From assembly GCA_965279035.1 (NCBI GenBank), contig OZ257142.1, positions 1,696,001 through 1,760,000 on the forward strand: DNA of 64,000 nucleotides, read 5' to 3'. Of this stretch, positions 18,601 to 28,154 are shown in pieces (positions within the stretch are counted from its first letter, which is position 1; the number at the start of each line of letters is the position of its first letter). The notes below the pieces were generated by a model that saw only the letters and a list, made by a program, of their open reading frames with translations, had not been told where the DNA came from and did no database searches. The position numbers and the translations under genes are program-made. The DNA is from Bacteroidia bacterium (GTDB taxonomy: Bacteria > Bacteroidota > Bacteroidia > M30B66).

Positions 18601-18611
18601 TGCAAAGGTAT
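18601..18611 (-). promoter_or_regulatory. Bacteroidota sigma-70 -7 element (TACCTTTG) for the corC-copA unit
   Basis: Matches TAnnTTTG. Similar elements precede tRNA-His (TATATTTG), coaX (TATCTTTG), the GPx gene and the VIT1 gene. Confidence 0.55.
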
Positions 18612-18728
18612 AAAAATAGGCTTCTGAGCAACAGTTGATTGAATAGATGTCTCAAAATGCACACTCAAAATAATTTTTTCAAGCACTTTGATGGATGCAT
18701 TCGTTTGCTATATTTGCGCCCTTGTAAT

Positions 18729-18806
18729 GGTGGTCATAGCTCAGTTGGTTAGAGCGCTAGTTTGTGGCACTAGAGGTCGGGGGTTCGAGACCCCTTGATC
18801 ACCCCA
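18729..18806 (+). tRNA. tRNA-His (GUG), with encoded G-1 and CCA
   Basis: Acceptor GTGGTCA/TGATCAC, D arm AGCTCAGTTGGTTAGAGC, anticodon arm CTAGT-TTGTGGC-ACTAG, TTCGAG T loop, C73-CCA. Confidence 0.97.
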
Positions 18807-18830
18807 AAACCCCGCTTGTCGGGGTTTTTT
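18806..18830. terminator. Terminator after tRNA-His
   Basis: AAAACCCCG-CTTGT-CGGGGTTTTTT. Confidence 0.8.
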
Positions 18831-18837
18831 TATTTTA

Positions 18838-19593
18838 TTAATTCAATACATAATCGCCCTTGCTTCCTTTTTTCCAAGTTCCGGGTTGTTTATATTTTTC
18901 AAAATACAAGTAAATTTCTTGCAGATTTTTCCAGAAAGAGCCCCATTTCTTCGCTTCCGGAAATTTCGCCTCCCATTTTTCTGTGCTTTTTTCCAACCTG
19001 AAAGGGAAAATGTGTACTGGAATAATTGTTTGTCCAGCATTCTTGGCTAAAACAGCTAACATATATACTTCCTCAATGAAAGGATCTGTTAGTGGCATAC
19101 AGCCTATGGTTACGCATTTCCCATGAATGAAAATATCTCCACCGGGATTTTGTGAGCCACTTCGTTTTAAATCAACGGCATTGGGATAGGAAATTCCTAA
19201 GGATAAATGATAGCTCGAGGATGGATTAAAGCGATCGATCGTATAAACTCCTTCGGGAACCTGTCCATCTCCTTGAACGAGCTTAGGACCACTATTTCCT
19301 GAACTAGCACAGATATCGTACGTTTTTAATAAATGATAGGAAGTTTGATTCTTATTTTTTGCCCAGACTTCTAATATGCCTTCGGATTTAAATGCACGAA
19401 TGAAAATATGTACTTGATTTTTATCGATTTCTTCCTTTTTCAAAATGGCCAAAATCGATTTTTCGGAATTTTTCCATGCAGTTTTTACTCGAGGAAACTT
19501 TAATTGAGCTGTTAAAAAGCTGGAATTTTGAGATTGAATTGTTCCCGATAGAAACAGTAAAATGAAAGGTAACAGCTTATTAATTTTATGCAT
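18838..19593 (-). CDS. L,D-transpeptidase-family (YafK/DpaA-like) protein
   Basis: IRAFKSEGILEVW, GPK..QGDGQVPEGVY, YPN, IFIHGKCVTIGC catalytic His/Cys. Start at MHKINK. Confidence 0.88.
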   Translation of the reverse strand: MHKINKLLPFILLFLSGTIQSQNSSFLTAQLKFPRVKTAWKNSEKSILAILKKEEIDKNQVHIFIRAFKSEGILEVWAKNKNQTSYHLLKTYDICASSGNSGPKLVQGDGQVPEGVYTIDRFNPSSSYHLSLGISYPNAVDLKRSGSQNPGGDIFIHGKCVTIGCMPLTDPFIEEVYMLAVLAKNAGQTIIPVHIFPFRLEKSTEKWEAKFPEAKKWGSFWKNLQEIYLYFEKYKQPGTWKKGSKGDYVLN

Positions 19594-19667
19594 TTCGTAG
19601 TGATGAATTCCACAAATCAACGGAATAATTCATTGTAAAGTATTGATTCTAATGCCTTGATGAAAAT

Positions 19668-19697
19668 AAAAAAACCCCACCGGTTGAGGTGAGGTTT
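19668..19697 (-). terminator. Terminator after tRNA-Phe
   Basis: Minus strand AAACCTCACC-TCAACC-GGTGGGGTTTTTTT. Confidence 0.75.
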
Positions 19698-19699
19698 GC

Positions 19700-19775
19700 T
19701 GGTGGTGCCTCCAGGGATCGAACCAGGGACACATGGATTTTCAGTCCATTGCTCTACCATCTGAGCTAAGGCACC
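19700..19775 (-). tRNA. tRNA-Phe (GAA)
   Basis: Reverse complement GGTGCCTTAGCTCAGATGGTAGAGCAATGGACTGAAAATCCATGTGTCCCTGGTTCGATCCCTGGAGGCACCACCA, a 76-nt cloverleaf with CCA. Confidence 0.97.
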
Positions 19776-19892
19776 GAGCCATTTTTGCTTGTTGAGCGGG
19801 TGCAAAAATAGTTTTTTTACTTAGCCACCAAAAAATTTTTTTCCGTTTGAGACGTTTTTCTAATTCTATCTTTGCCCCAGAAAAAAAATTGT

Positions 19893-20630
19893 ATGGTTCA
19901 TCTTGTACTTGATATTGGAAATACGGCATTAAAAGCTGCTTGTTTTCAAGGTCGTACACTTTTAAAGGCTAGTCGCACCAATTGGACATCTTCCGAAGAG
20001 GTGGAGGAATCTTTATTGCGCATGTTGGCTTTAAATCCTTCCAAGGTGCTTCTAAGCTCTGTTGCTGGGAAAAAGAAAGAAGTGGATGCCTTCTTAAAAC
20101 GTGCAGAATTGGATTATGCATATTTCCTACCTGAAACACCTGTCCCTATTCAAAATAAATACGAAACTCCCGAAACCTTGGGGAGAGATCGTTTAGCCAA
20201 TGCTGTTGCGGCGGCTACCCTTTTTCCTAAAACGCCTGTTGTGATCATTGATGCTGGAACATGTATCAAATTCGACTTCATCACCCGAAATGGCGAATAC
20301 TTCGGTGGTTCTATTTCTCCAGGAATTGATATGCGATTTAGAGCCTTGCATGAATTTACTGCACGTTTGCCCTTACTTTCGCGCACCGAAATGGTGTATT
20401 TGATCGGAAAAAACACCACTGAATCGATTCATTCGGGCGTTATCAATGGTGCTCTAGCTGAAATAAAAGGAATTCTTGAACAATATCAAATGACACATAA
20501 AGACCTTCAAGTAATTATTACTGGAGGAGATTATACTTTACTCGAACGAAATTTGAAAACCAGTATTCACGCTGAACCCTGGCTCACTCTTAAAGGACTC
20601 AATGAAATTATTCTCCATCAGGCACATTAA
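19893..20630 (+). CDS. coaX: Type III pantothenate kinase
   Basis: LDIGNT, LGRDR, IIDAGTC, GGSISPG, ITGG, LTLKGL. Confidence 0.93.
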   Translation: MVHLVLDIGNTALKAACFQGRTLLKASRTNWTSSEEVEESLLRMLALNPSKVLLSSVAGKKKEVDAFLKRAELDYAYFLPETPVPIQNKYETPETLGRDRLANAVAAATLFPKTPVVIIDAGTCIKFDFITRNGEYFGGSISPGIDMRFRALHEFTARLPLLSRTEMVYLIGKNTTESIHSGVINGALAEIKGILEQYQMTHKDLQVIITGGDYTLLERNLKTSIHAEPWLTLKGLNEIILHQAH

Positions 20631-22014
20631 TTTTTCCATTCTTCTTGTGTGCTTCCTGGCTCCAGTAGCCCTTTTGAAAAGTCAAACGCTTAGTCAATCA
20701 CCATACGGTCGCTTTGGCTTAGGAGATAATCTAGGAAGTTCTTCTGCTTTTATTCAAGGTTTAGGCGGCGTTACACAAGCATTAGCCGATTCTAATTCAC
20801 TCAATCTTTCTCAACCTGCAGCTTTGGCAGCTCTCGAAGGTGGTGTAACTGTTCTTGAATTTGGAATCTCCGGCCTTACTACAAAATACACCGGTTTACA
20901 GGATACCAAAATGGGTAGAACGGCTGGTTTCGGGTATTTCGGATTGGCTTTTCCAATCAAGAAAAATAAATGGAATGTTTCATTGGGATTAACTCCTCTG
21001 ACTAATGCTGGCTATACCTTGCGTGATAGCATTACAGATGTAGAAGCTGGAAATGTGAAATTAAGCTATTTGGGAAATGGTGGATTTTCGGCCTTTTCCC
21101 TTGGGAATGGATTTCACTTGGGGAAGAATTGGAATTTAGGTTTTCAGGTTCGTTATTTATTTGGACGAACAGACTATAGCTCCAAAGTAATTTTTGAAGG
21201 AGATACCATCGTGCAACGAAATTCTTTGATAACCAATTCGAACCGATTGAATGATGTGGATTTGGTTTTTGGTGCACAATATCAAATACGATTTCGGAAA
21301 CCCAAAGTACGCACTGTCATACAAGCCGATACAAACACCGCTGATAAACATATCGTAAAGCATAAACAGCGAACCGATTCATTACACATCATTATCGGTG
21401 GAACATTTCGCCCAATGACGTTTATTAACGGCTCAACCACTTATTTGGCGCAAAGTTTTTTTGGTGCTGCACCTGGAACGTCCTTTACCGACACCGTTTT
21501 ATTTCGAAACCAAGTTAAAGGAACTGTAACTATGCCCATGCAGTTCGGCGGTGGTATATCTTTTAAAAATAGTAGCAATAAATGGTTAGTCAGTACCGAA
21601 TACACCTATACCGATTGGAATGGCTTTAAATTATTCGATCGAGTTGATTCGGTGCGTTCTTCTTATAAGGTAGGCTTGGGAATTCAAATCAATCCAGTTC
21701 CAGCGGTTCGAAACAATGGAGGGAAAGTGGCTTACTGGAAAAAAGTTCGATACCGTGCCGGTGCTTATTATTCAGATGGTTATTTGAAAATCAATGGAAA
21801 AGCCGTTCCTGAATATGGTTTAAGTCTTGGGTTTGGATTACCTGTTGTTTTACGTACTTACAATACTCGAACAGCTACCAGCATTCTCAATTTTGCCATT
21901 ACTGCCGGACAGCGCGGTATAACTGGAACGAATTCACTCAACGAACGCTTTATTCGTGGTACAGTTTCATTTTCTCTGAACGATCGTTGGTTCAGGAAAT
22001 TTCAATATGACTAA
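20602..22014 (+). CDS. FadL/PorV-like outer-membrane beta-barrel
   Basis: Signal peptide, SPYGRFGLG, plug motif SQPAAL (NPA-like), terminal WFRKFQYD; conserved position after coaX in Bacteroidota. Confidence 0.75.
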   Translation: MKLFSIRHINFSILLVCFLAPVALLKSQTLSQSPYGRFGLGDNLGSSSAFIQGLGGVTQALADSNSLNLSQPAALAALEGGVTVLEFGISGLTTKYTGLQDTKMGRTAGFGYFGLAFPIKKNKWNVSLGLTPLTNAGYTLRDSITDVEAGNVKLSYLGNGGFSAFSLGNGFHLGKNWNLGFQVRYLFGRTDYSSKVIFEGDTIVQRNSLITNSNRLNDVDLVFGAQYQIRFRKPKVRTVIQADTNTADKHIVKHKQRTDSLHIIIGGTFRPMTFINGSTTYLAQSFFGAAPGTSFTDTVLFRNQVKGTVTMPMQFGGGISFKNSSNKWLVSTEYTYTDWNGFKLFDRVDSVRSSYKVGLGIQINPVPAVRNNGGKVAYWKKVRYRAGAYYSDGYLKINGKAVPEYGLSLGFGLPVVLRTYNTRTATSILNFAITAGQRGITGTNSLNERFIRGTVSFSLNDRWFRKFQYD

Positions 22015-22546
22015 GCTTTTCATACTTGTTTCGGGGTTTTTTCTCACTGTACTCTATTCATGTGGTAACGACTTGAATGAAGTGAAGCAATTTGGGAATG
22101 AAGTAAAAGTTCCTGTTTCCTCCACTCGGAATGTGGAAATGCTTTATTCGGATTCGGCACGATTACGGGCTAAAATCAATGCTCCTCTGCGAGAAACATA
22201 TATGGGGAATGATGGATACATTGAATTTCCTAAAGGAGTAAAAATTGAGTTTTACGATTTGAAATCGGTGTTGGAATCGAAGATGAAAGCCAATTATGCC
22301 ATCAGTTATACCAAAGATGAGCGGATGGAGGCAAAAAATAATGTGGTAATAGAAAGCGTAAATGGTGATAAGTTAGAAACCGAACATTTGATTTGGGACC
22401 AACGTGAGGATCGTATTTTCTCCAATGTTTTTACACGTATCACTTCGCCCGAAAGGGTAATTTATGGTGATGGCTTTGAGTCGAATCAAGATTTTTCAAA
22501 ATACCGAATCCTGAAAGTAAAAGGAATCATCAACCTAAAAGAATAA
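22007..22546 (+). CDS. lptC: LPS export periplasmic protein LptC (lipoprotein type)
   Basis: Lipobox LYSC, YSDSA, EFPKGV...FYD, LETEHLIWD, GDGFESNQDF. Confidence 0.85.
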   Translation: MTKLFILVSGFFLTVLYSCGNDLNEVKQFGNEVKVPVSSTRNVEMLYSDSARLRAKINAPLRETYMGNDGYIEFPKGVKIEFYDLKSVLESKMKANYAISYTKDERMEAKNNVVIESVNGDKLETEHLIWDQREDRIFSNVFTRITSPERVIYGDGFESNQDFSKYRILKVKGIINLKE

Positions 22547-22564
22547 ACACACATTTAATAAAAT

Positions 22565-22804
22565 ATGAATCAATCACGCATCTTTAAAATAATGGAAATC
22601 ATCTGGCTAAGCATTGCTATTATGGCCAGTTTATCTAGTGCTTGGTTAATAAGCAAGGGTAATTTCGATTCAGCTCGTTTTCCACTATTTACAGCGTTTT
22701 GTGCTGCTGTTTTATTTGGATTAAGACGATATCAACGCAAACGAATCGAAAAAGTGGAAGCCTTTCAATCTGAAAATCAGGAACCAAAAGAAAAATCAAA
22801 CTAA
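22565..22804 (+). CDS. Small two-TM membrane protein
   Basis: Two hydrophobic helices and a basic tail, co-oriented after lptC. Confidence 0.65.
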   Translation: MNQSRIFKIMEIIWLSIAIMASLSSAWLISKGNFDSARFPLFTAFCAAVLFGLRRYQRKRIEKVEAFQSENQEPKEKSN

Positions 22805-22896
22805 GCATTTCAATACAAAATCAACCTTATTTAGGTTTTTTTTGATTTAGTCGTATATTCGCAGCCCTAAAAAAACCAAAGTTTTAGCTTCCACAA

Positions 22897-25026
22897 ATGG
22901 CAGTTCTTGAACGCATCCGCTCCAAAGCCGGCACAATCGTAGTCGTTGTTATCGGTCTAGCTCTTTTCTCTTTTGTAATGCAGGATTTGTTTTCCTCCGG
23001 GAATTCAATTTTTAAAGGTCGTGATACCGAAATCGGTGAAATCAACGGTCATTCTGTTCCAGGAGAAGAATTCCAACGTCGCCTTACCAATGCCGAAGAA
23101 ATTGTAAAACGCAACCAAGGCGTTAGCGGCATCGACGATAATACTCGTCAGCAATTGGTAAATCAAATCTGGAATGAATATCTCGATGAATATCTTTTCA
23201 ACGAGCAAATGGAAGAAGCAGGAGTTGCTGTTTCGGACGATGAACTTTTTGACATGGTTCAAGGAGAAAACATCAACCCACAAGTTTCACAAATTCCATT
23301 GTTTCAAGATAGTATCACGAAGCAATTCGATCGGAATAAAGTATTGAAGTTTTTGAAAACTCAATTGAGCGAAGAAAACGATCCGGATGGAAAGTACCGC
23401 GAATCTTGGGCTGAATTTGAGAAATCACTTGCTAAACAACGTCTCAAAACGAAGTACAATACGTTGATTCGTAAAGCGGTGTATGTTACATCTGCTCAAG
23501 CTAAACACGATTTCGCTAATAAAAACACGACTGCTTTAGTACGTATTATTTCAAAACGTTTCGACACCGTAGCTGATTCAACCATTACGGTAACGGATGA
23601 AGAAATGAAAAAATACTATGATGAGCATAGTTTTGAGTTTGAACAAAAGGACGAAACTCGCAAATTAGAGTATGTTGTTTTTCAGGTAAACCCAACTGCC
23701 GAAGACCGCGCTGAACTTTTCAAATCGATGGAAGAGTTGAAAGCTGGTTTCCAATCTAGCACTGATGATACTGCATTTGTGAATGCTAATTCTACTCAAG
23801 GTTATCGTGTAGAAAGCGTAAAACGTGGAAAAGTAGGACCACAAATCGATTCTGCTATTTTTAGTGGAACTCCAGGTTCTGTATTTGGACCATTTACTGA
23901 AAATACCGAATTGAAATTGGTGAAATTGAAAGGTTTCAAAGCAGCATCCGATTCCGTTAAAGCTCGTCACATCTTAATTTCTACACAAGGTGGTATGACG
24001 CCAGCAGCAGCTATTGCACGTGCTGATTCATTGAAAGCTGCAATCAAAGCTGGTTCTGATTTCGATGCTTTGGCTAAACGTTTCTCCGAAGATCCAGGTT
24101 CTAAAGAAAAAGGTGGCGACTTAGGTTGGTTTACCGAAGGAATGATGGTTCCTGAATTTAATAATGCTTGCTTCAATGGCAATGTGGGTGATTATGTTAC
24201 AGTAACCACTCAATATGGTGCACACTTAATTAACATCACCGATAAAACACGTCCAAGCAACAAAGCGGAAGTGGTTTATTTGAGTAAGAAAATTGAACCG
24301 AGTACACGAACTGTTGATGAATTCTATGCGAAAGCCAACGATTTTGCAGTTACTGCGCAAGATTATGATGCATTCAAAAAAGAAGCTGATACAAAGGGAA
24401 TGTTCATCGTTTCTTATGATCGTTTACTTCCAAATGATCGTCAGGTTAACGACTTGACCAATTCACGCGAAATGGTTCAATGGGCATACAATCCTGAACG
24501 TGAGTTGAAAGATGTTTCTAAGGTATTTGATATTGAAGGGAAATACGTTGTTGCTGCTTTAACAGGAATCAAAGACAAAGGCATTCCAACCTTTGATCAA
24601 TTGAAAGAGAGCATCAAGCCAATGGCAATTCGTGAGAAAAAAGGTGAGAATTTCTCGAAAGACTTCAACGCTGCAATGACAGGAGTAACAGACATTGATC
24701 AATTGAGTGCCAAAATGAAACTCAATGCTGATTCGGCTGGAGCTATTACCTTCTCTTCCTATTCAGTTCCGAATTATGGTTACGAACCGAAAGTAATTGG
24801 ACGTTCATTTTCAACGCCTGTAAATAAATTAAGCAAACCTATCATTGGTAATACAGGTGTTTATGTGATTGTAGTAAAATCAGTTACTCCAGGAGTTCTT
24901 CCTACAGACTTGAAAGACACTAAATCGCAAGTATTACAATCCATTGTTGGTCGTGTTGATAATGGAGTGAATACAGCATTAATGAAAAAAGGAAACGTAG
25001 AAGACAAACGTTACCGTTTCTTCTAA
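22897..25026 (+). CDS. ppiD: Periplasmic chaperone / peptidyl-prolyl isomerase PpiD
   Basis: N-terminal anchor MAVLERIR...GLALFSF, SurA-N domain, parvulin motifs VKARHILI, SEDPGS..KGGDLGWF..GMMVPEF, TQYGAHLI. Confidence 0.9.
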   Translation: MAVLERIRSKAGTIVVVVIGLALFSFVMQDLFSSGNSIFKGRDTEIGEINGHSVPGEEFQRRLTNAEEIVKRNQGVSGIDDNTRQQLVNQIWNEYLDEYLFNEQMEEAGVAVSDDELFDMVQGENINPQVSQIPLFQDSITKQFDRNKVLKFLKTQLSEENDPDGKYRESWAEFEKSLAKQRLKTKYNTLIRKAVYVTSAQAKHDFANKNTTALVRIISKRFDTVADSTITVTDEEMKKYYDEHSFEFEQKDETRKLEYVVFQVNPTAEDRAELFKSMEELKAGFQSSTDDTAFVNANSTQGYRVESVKRGKVGPQIDSAIFSGTPGSVFGPFTENTELKLVKLKGFKAASDSVKARHILISTQGGMTPAAAIARADSLKAAIKAGSDFDALAKRFSEDPGSKEKGGDLGWFTEGMMVPEFNNACFNGNVGDYVTVTTQYGAHLINITDKTRPSNKAEVVYLSKKIEPSTRTVDEFYAKANDFAVTAQDYDAFKKEADTKGMFIVSYDRLLPNDRQVNDLTNSREMVQWAYNPERELKDVSKVFDIEGKYVVAALTGIKDKGIPTFDQLKESIKPMAIREKKGENFSKDFNAAMTGVTDIDQLSAKMKLNADSAGAITFSSYSVPNYGYEPKVIGRSFSTPVNKLSKPIIGNTGVYVIVVKSVTPGVLPTDLKDTKSQVLQSIVGRVDNGVNTALMKKGNVEDKRYRFF

Positions 25027-25044
25027 GCTATTTTTTAAAATATT

Positions 25045-25082
25045 AAAACGCGTTCTTCTTTTTGGAGAGCGCGTTTTTTTTT
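25045..25082 (+). terminator. Rho-independent terminator after ppiD
   Basis: AAAACGCGTTCTTC-TTTTT-GGAGAGCGCGTTTTTTTTT. Confidence 0.85.
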
Positions 25083-25214
25083 GAATATATTTTCCTTGAG
25101 ATAGTATCAATTGGCATTTATTTTCAAAAAGCTACTTCATCCATTCATCATGGTAAATAGTTTTAGACAATTCAATTGTAAATTGAATTGTAGTAATACC
25201 AATTGAAATGATCA

Positions 25215-25460
25215 TCACTTACTAATCAGTACCAAACCGATTTTAACCATTTTCCCGACGTCGGCAAAATGGTCTGCAATGAAACTACCTGAATTCTCAC
25301 ATGATTTTTTTGCTTTCTCTATTACATTGAGAAAATTGTCCCATATTGAATATCCTAGAATTTCTTGTAATTCCCTTCCACTCCAACATTCGAGATTTCT
25401 GAAAATATAACAAGCTTGTTCAAATTTTTCAAATAGTTCAATAATTTGTTCTTGTTTCAT
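25215..25460 (-). pseudogene. dinD: Truncated DNA-damage-inducible protein D (BRO-N domain fragment)
   Basis: ECWSGRELQEILGYSIWDNFLNVIEKAKKSCENSG...DHFADVGKMVKIG is the DinD N-terminus; similarity stops before the expected LTRYACYLIAQNGD. Confidence 0.75.
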
Positions 25461-25658
25461 AAATAATTATTTAATTAATAATGAATTATACCAACTTAAT
25501 TACTCAATATTACGAAGATTATTAAATGATTTATTCAAATAAAATGTCAGTATATCGATAATATGTAAAACATAGATTCAATTGTTCCGAATTGAAATAA
25601 TTCAAAGAGTAGTAATATTAATTCCAAGTTTAACTCTTCAATCAACCACTTAATCCAA

Positions 25659-26651
25659 TCAATTCAATGAAACCCGAATGAGACTTTTTCCATGACCAGC
25701 AATAAGCAAAGTGGTTTCGTCAATTGGGAGTGCCTCGTAAAATGCGGAGGAGTTTTGTGCTTGAATGATTTGCTGTGGAGCAGAACCATCGAGGGCGTAT
25801 AATATTCCCTGTTGGGTGAATCCGTAAATGCTGCCATTCATTTTTACCAAGTTGCAGATTATTCCTGCCTTCTCAATAATTTGATGACTTTGAGGATTGT
25901 TTTCAAATCCCCAAATACCACTTCGGTGATAGCGAATGGAGCGACAACCACTGTATGCCAATTGTCCATCGATAATTCGCAAAGCATGCACTAAGCCATC
26001 GATTTTACGCCCTTTAGTAAAGGCATTCGATGTTTCATTTGTATGATGATAAATGGTGGTGCTTTTTCCATTGAAAACGGCTGCAGCAAATCCCGATTCG
26101 CCTTCTTGCGAAAGTGCCCACACAAACTTGCGTGTGTTTTTCCAGAGCACTTGAGGTTGTTGACTTAAGGAAGTATCAATCTTGGCGATAAAGCCATTGG
26201 GAATCCGTTTTTTCCCTCGGCCAATGCCGCTACTTCCTCCACATACAATGAGATTGCCTTTGTTATCGTATGAAAGATCATAAAAACACCGATGTCGAAA
26301 AGCAGGAAACTCGGTTCTTGAACAAGTGGATGTTTTCAGATTGTACTTGTAGATGGTTCCATGATCGGCAGAGATATAGACAAAATCACCCAATCGTAAA
26401 AACTTGAGAATGTTGGAGCCATTGTTTGGGATGGCGATATTACTGAGTTTTCCATCTGCCCCAATGCGTTTCATCACGCCATATTCACCACCAATCCAAA
26501 TATCATTCGCCGAAACTTGGTAGATATCGTAATAACTACTATCGGTTTCGCTGCCGGTGTAAATTTCTTCAACCCGCTGTGCACGCGCATCTGTAGCTGA
26601 AATGCTCAGCAGCAGAAACAAATTAAGCAATGTTCGGTTCAAGAAATTCAC
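25659..26651 (-). CDS. Exported hypothetical protein, probable beta-propeller
   Basis: Signal peptide ending ARA-Q; repeated blade-like motifs IWIGGEYG, YISADHGTIY, LIVCGG, LLIAGHG. Confidence 0.65.
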   Translation of the reverse strand: MNFLNRTLLNLFLLLSISATDARAQRVEEIYTGSETDSSYYDIYQVSANDIWIGGEYGVMKRIGADGKLSNIAIPNNGSNILKFLRLGDFVYISADHGTIYKYNLKTSTCSRTEFPAFRHRCFYDLSYDNKGNLIVCGGSSGIGRGKKRIPNGFIAKIDTSLSQQPQVLWKNTRKFVWALSQEGESGFAAAVFNGKSTTIYHHTNETSNAFTKGRKIDGLVHALRIIDGQLAYSGCRSIRYHRSGIWGFENNPQSHQIIEKAGIICNLVKMNGSIYGFTQQGILYALDGSAPQQIIQAQNSSAFYEALPIDETTLLIAGHGKSLIRVSLN

Positions 26652-26701
26652 GGGGCGTAAAACTAATCATTTCGCGTTAAGCTTTGACCTATACCGATAG
26701 C

Positions 26702-28117
26702 TTACCAAAAGGTTTTAATTTCTTTGATATATTGTTCGTATTGAACTAAAGATTCGACCATCAAAGCCGTCGTATAAACATCCGATTTCCAATACAAAGT
26801 GTTGCGAATAACTGTTCCGCCAGAAAAGAAAACTCCACCATCCCAACAGGTTTCTTCATCCATATAGGAAGCTTTGCTCAACAAATACCGAAGTGCTTTA
26901 TCTACCTGCAATTGCGTTCCTATCACATAGGGATTTCCCAAACGTAGCAAGGAATTGAGCGCATAGGCTGTCGATTGAACTTTGTCTTTGTGATTCACTA
27001 TGCGGCGGGAATGAAAAGATCCATCGGCATGTTGACTACTCAACAAATGTTTCTTCAAACGTTCTGCACTTGGATCAAGTTCACGAATTCCTTTCGACCA
27101 CGCTTTTAAGGTGGCATAATGTAGATGATAACGATTGGGGTAATAAATACCTGCTCGACTCCAATCGTGACGTTTCACTTTTCGTTCAATAAACTTTGAG
27201 GCATCTTTGATTCCAGCTGCTTTGAATTCACCATTTTCGGCTAAAGCTGTCAACACATTGGCATTCAACACCGCATCTACATCGTTGGCTCCGTATGGGA
27301 TATAGGGTTTAAATGCATAGGGATACAACGTGCTCATAGGCGTGAGGAAAATCGCGTTGTTGAGCAATAAACGGGGAATATTCCATGATGGAAAAGGTTC
27401 TTCCAAGGCACGCCAGGTAAGGAATGCACCGCTTTCTCGTTTGTCGAAATGAATGATATTGTAATAATGTTGCGAAGCTCTGCCCGAATCGCGCCAAGCA
27501 CCTAAAATAGGGGAGAGCTTCAAATTGAATTGTGACTTTATTCCCTGATGTTGTTGAACTCTATTGAATAAAATCAAAGCGGTATACCCTTGAGATGTAT
27601 CGTCATTGTCGTTCACCACATTGGCTGCACGTTTTATATACGGAATGTTTAATGGATACTGAATGGGTCGATGAACTAATCCTGTTTTTCGGTTAGGATG
27701 AAACAGCGATAAACGTCCTTTGGGTGGAAGTAAAGGCCAGAAATTAAAGCCATGATCCGAATAAAAGGAACTCATGCGCACAATGGCTTTTTCGAGCATC
27801 GGAGGAATTTCACTTAAACTGGGATCGATTAAGTATGCCGAAGCCAATGAATTATGGATAGATGCCGTAGAAAAGCAATTGGAATCGTACGAGTCGGCTT
27901 GCTTACCTAGCAAAACGAAGGTCGAACGCATTGTCATAATGGAAGGCCACTCACCTTCGTATTGAAATTCCGGAATGCTTTGCTTGATTTGTTGTTCGGA
28001 GATGTATTTTAATGCTCCTTTCAATGCTCTTTGAATACTATCATGTTCAATGGGTTGTGCAATCAATCCGACAGGAAACAACACGAAATAGATAATGCCA
28101 AAGCGGAAAAACATCAA
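26702..28117 (-). CDS. Prenyltransferase / class II terpene cyclase beta-domain-like (alpha/alpha barrel) protein with N-terminal hydrophobic signal
   Basis: DNDDTS (DxDDT), DVDAVLNANVL, GIYY, QW-like QHADGSF, STAYALNSL. Confidence 0.6.
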   Translation of the reverse strand: MMFFRFGIIYFVLFPVGLIAQPIEHDSIQRALKGALKYISEQQIKQSIPEFQYEGEWPSIMTMRSTFVLLGKQADSYDSNCFSTASIHNSLASAYLIDPSLSEIPPMLEKAIVRMSSFYSDHGFNFWPLLPPKGRLSLFHPNRKTGLVHRPIQYPLNIPYIKRAANVVNDNDDTSQGYTALILFNRVQQHQGIKSQFNLKLSPILGAWRDSGRASQHYYNIIHFDKRESGAFLTWRALEEPFPSWNIPRLLLNNAIFLTPMSTLYPYAFKPYIPYGANDVDAVLNANVLTALAENGEFKAAGIKDASKFIERKVKRHDWSRAGIYYPNRYHLHYATLKAWSKGIRELDPSAERLKKHLLSSQHADGSFHSRRIVNHKDKVQSTAYALNSLLRLGNPYVIGTQLQVDKALRYLLSKASYMDEETCWDGGVFFSGGTVIRNTLYWKSDVYTTALMVESLVQYEQYIKEIKTFW

Positions 28118-28154
28118 TCAAAGATAGGTATTGTAAATGCCTTCGGCTGAAAAA

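Noticed and set aside
18476-18664. 62-aa ORF upstream of corC as a leader peptide
   Set aside because: It spans the predicted -7 promoter element and has no recognisable features.
18729-19775. tRNA-anchored genomic island between tRNA-His and tRNA-Phe
   Set aside because: Only an L,D-transpeptidase-family gene lies between them, with no integrase and no duplicated tRNA 3' end.
19617-19959. ORFs 19617-19805 and 19741-19959
   Set aside because: They overlap tRNA-Phe and its promoter; they are shadow translations of the tRNA.
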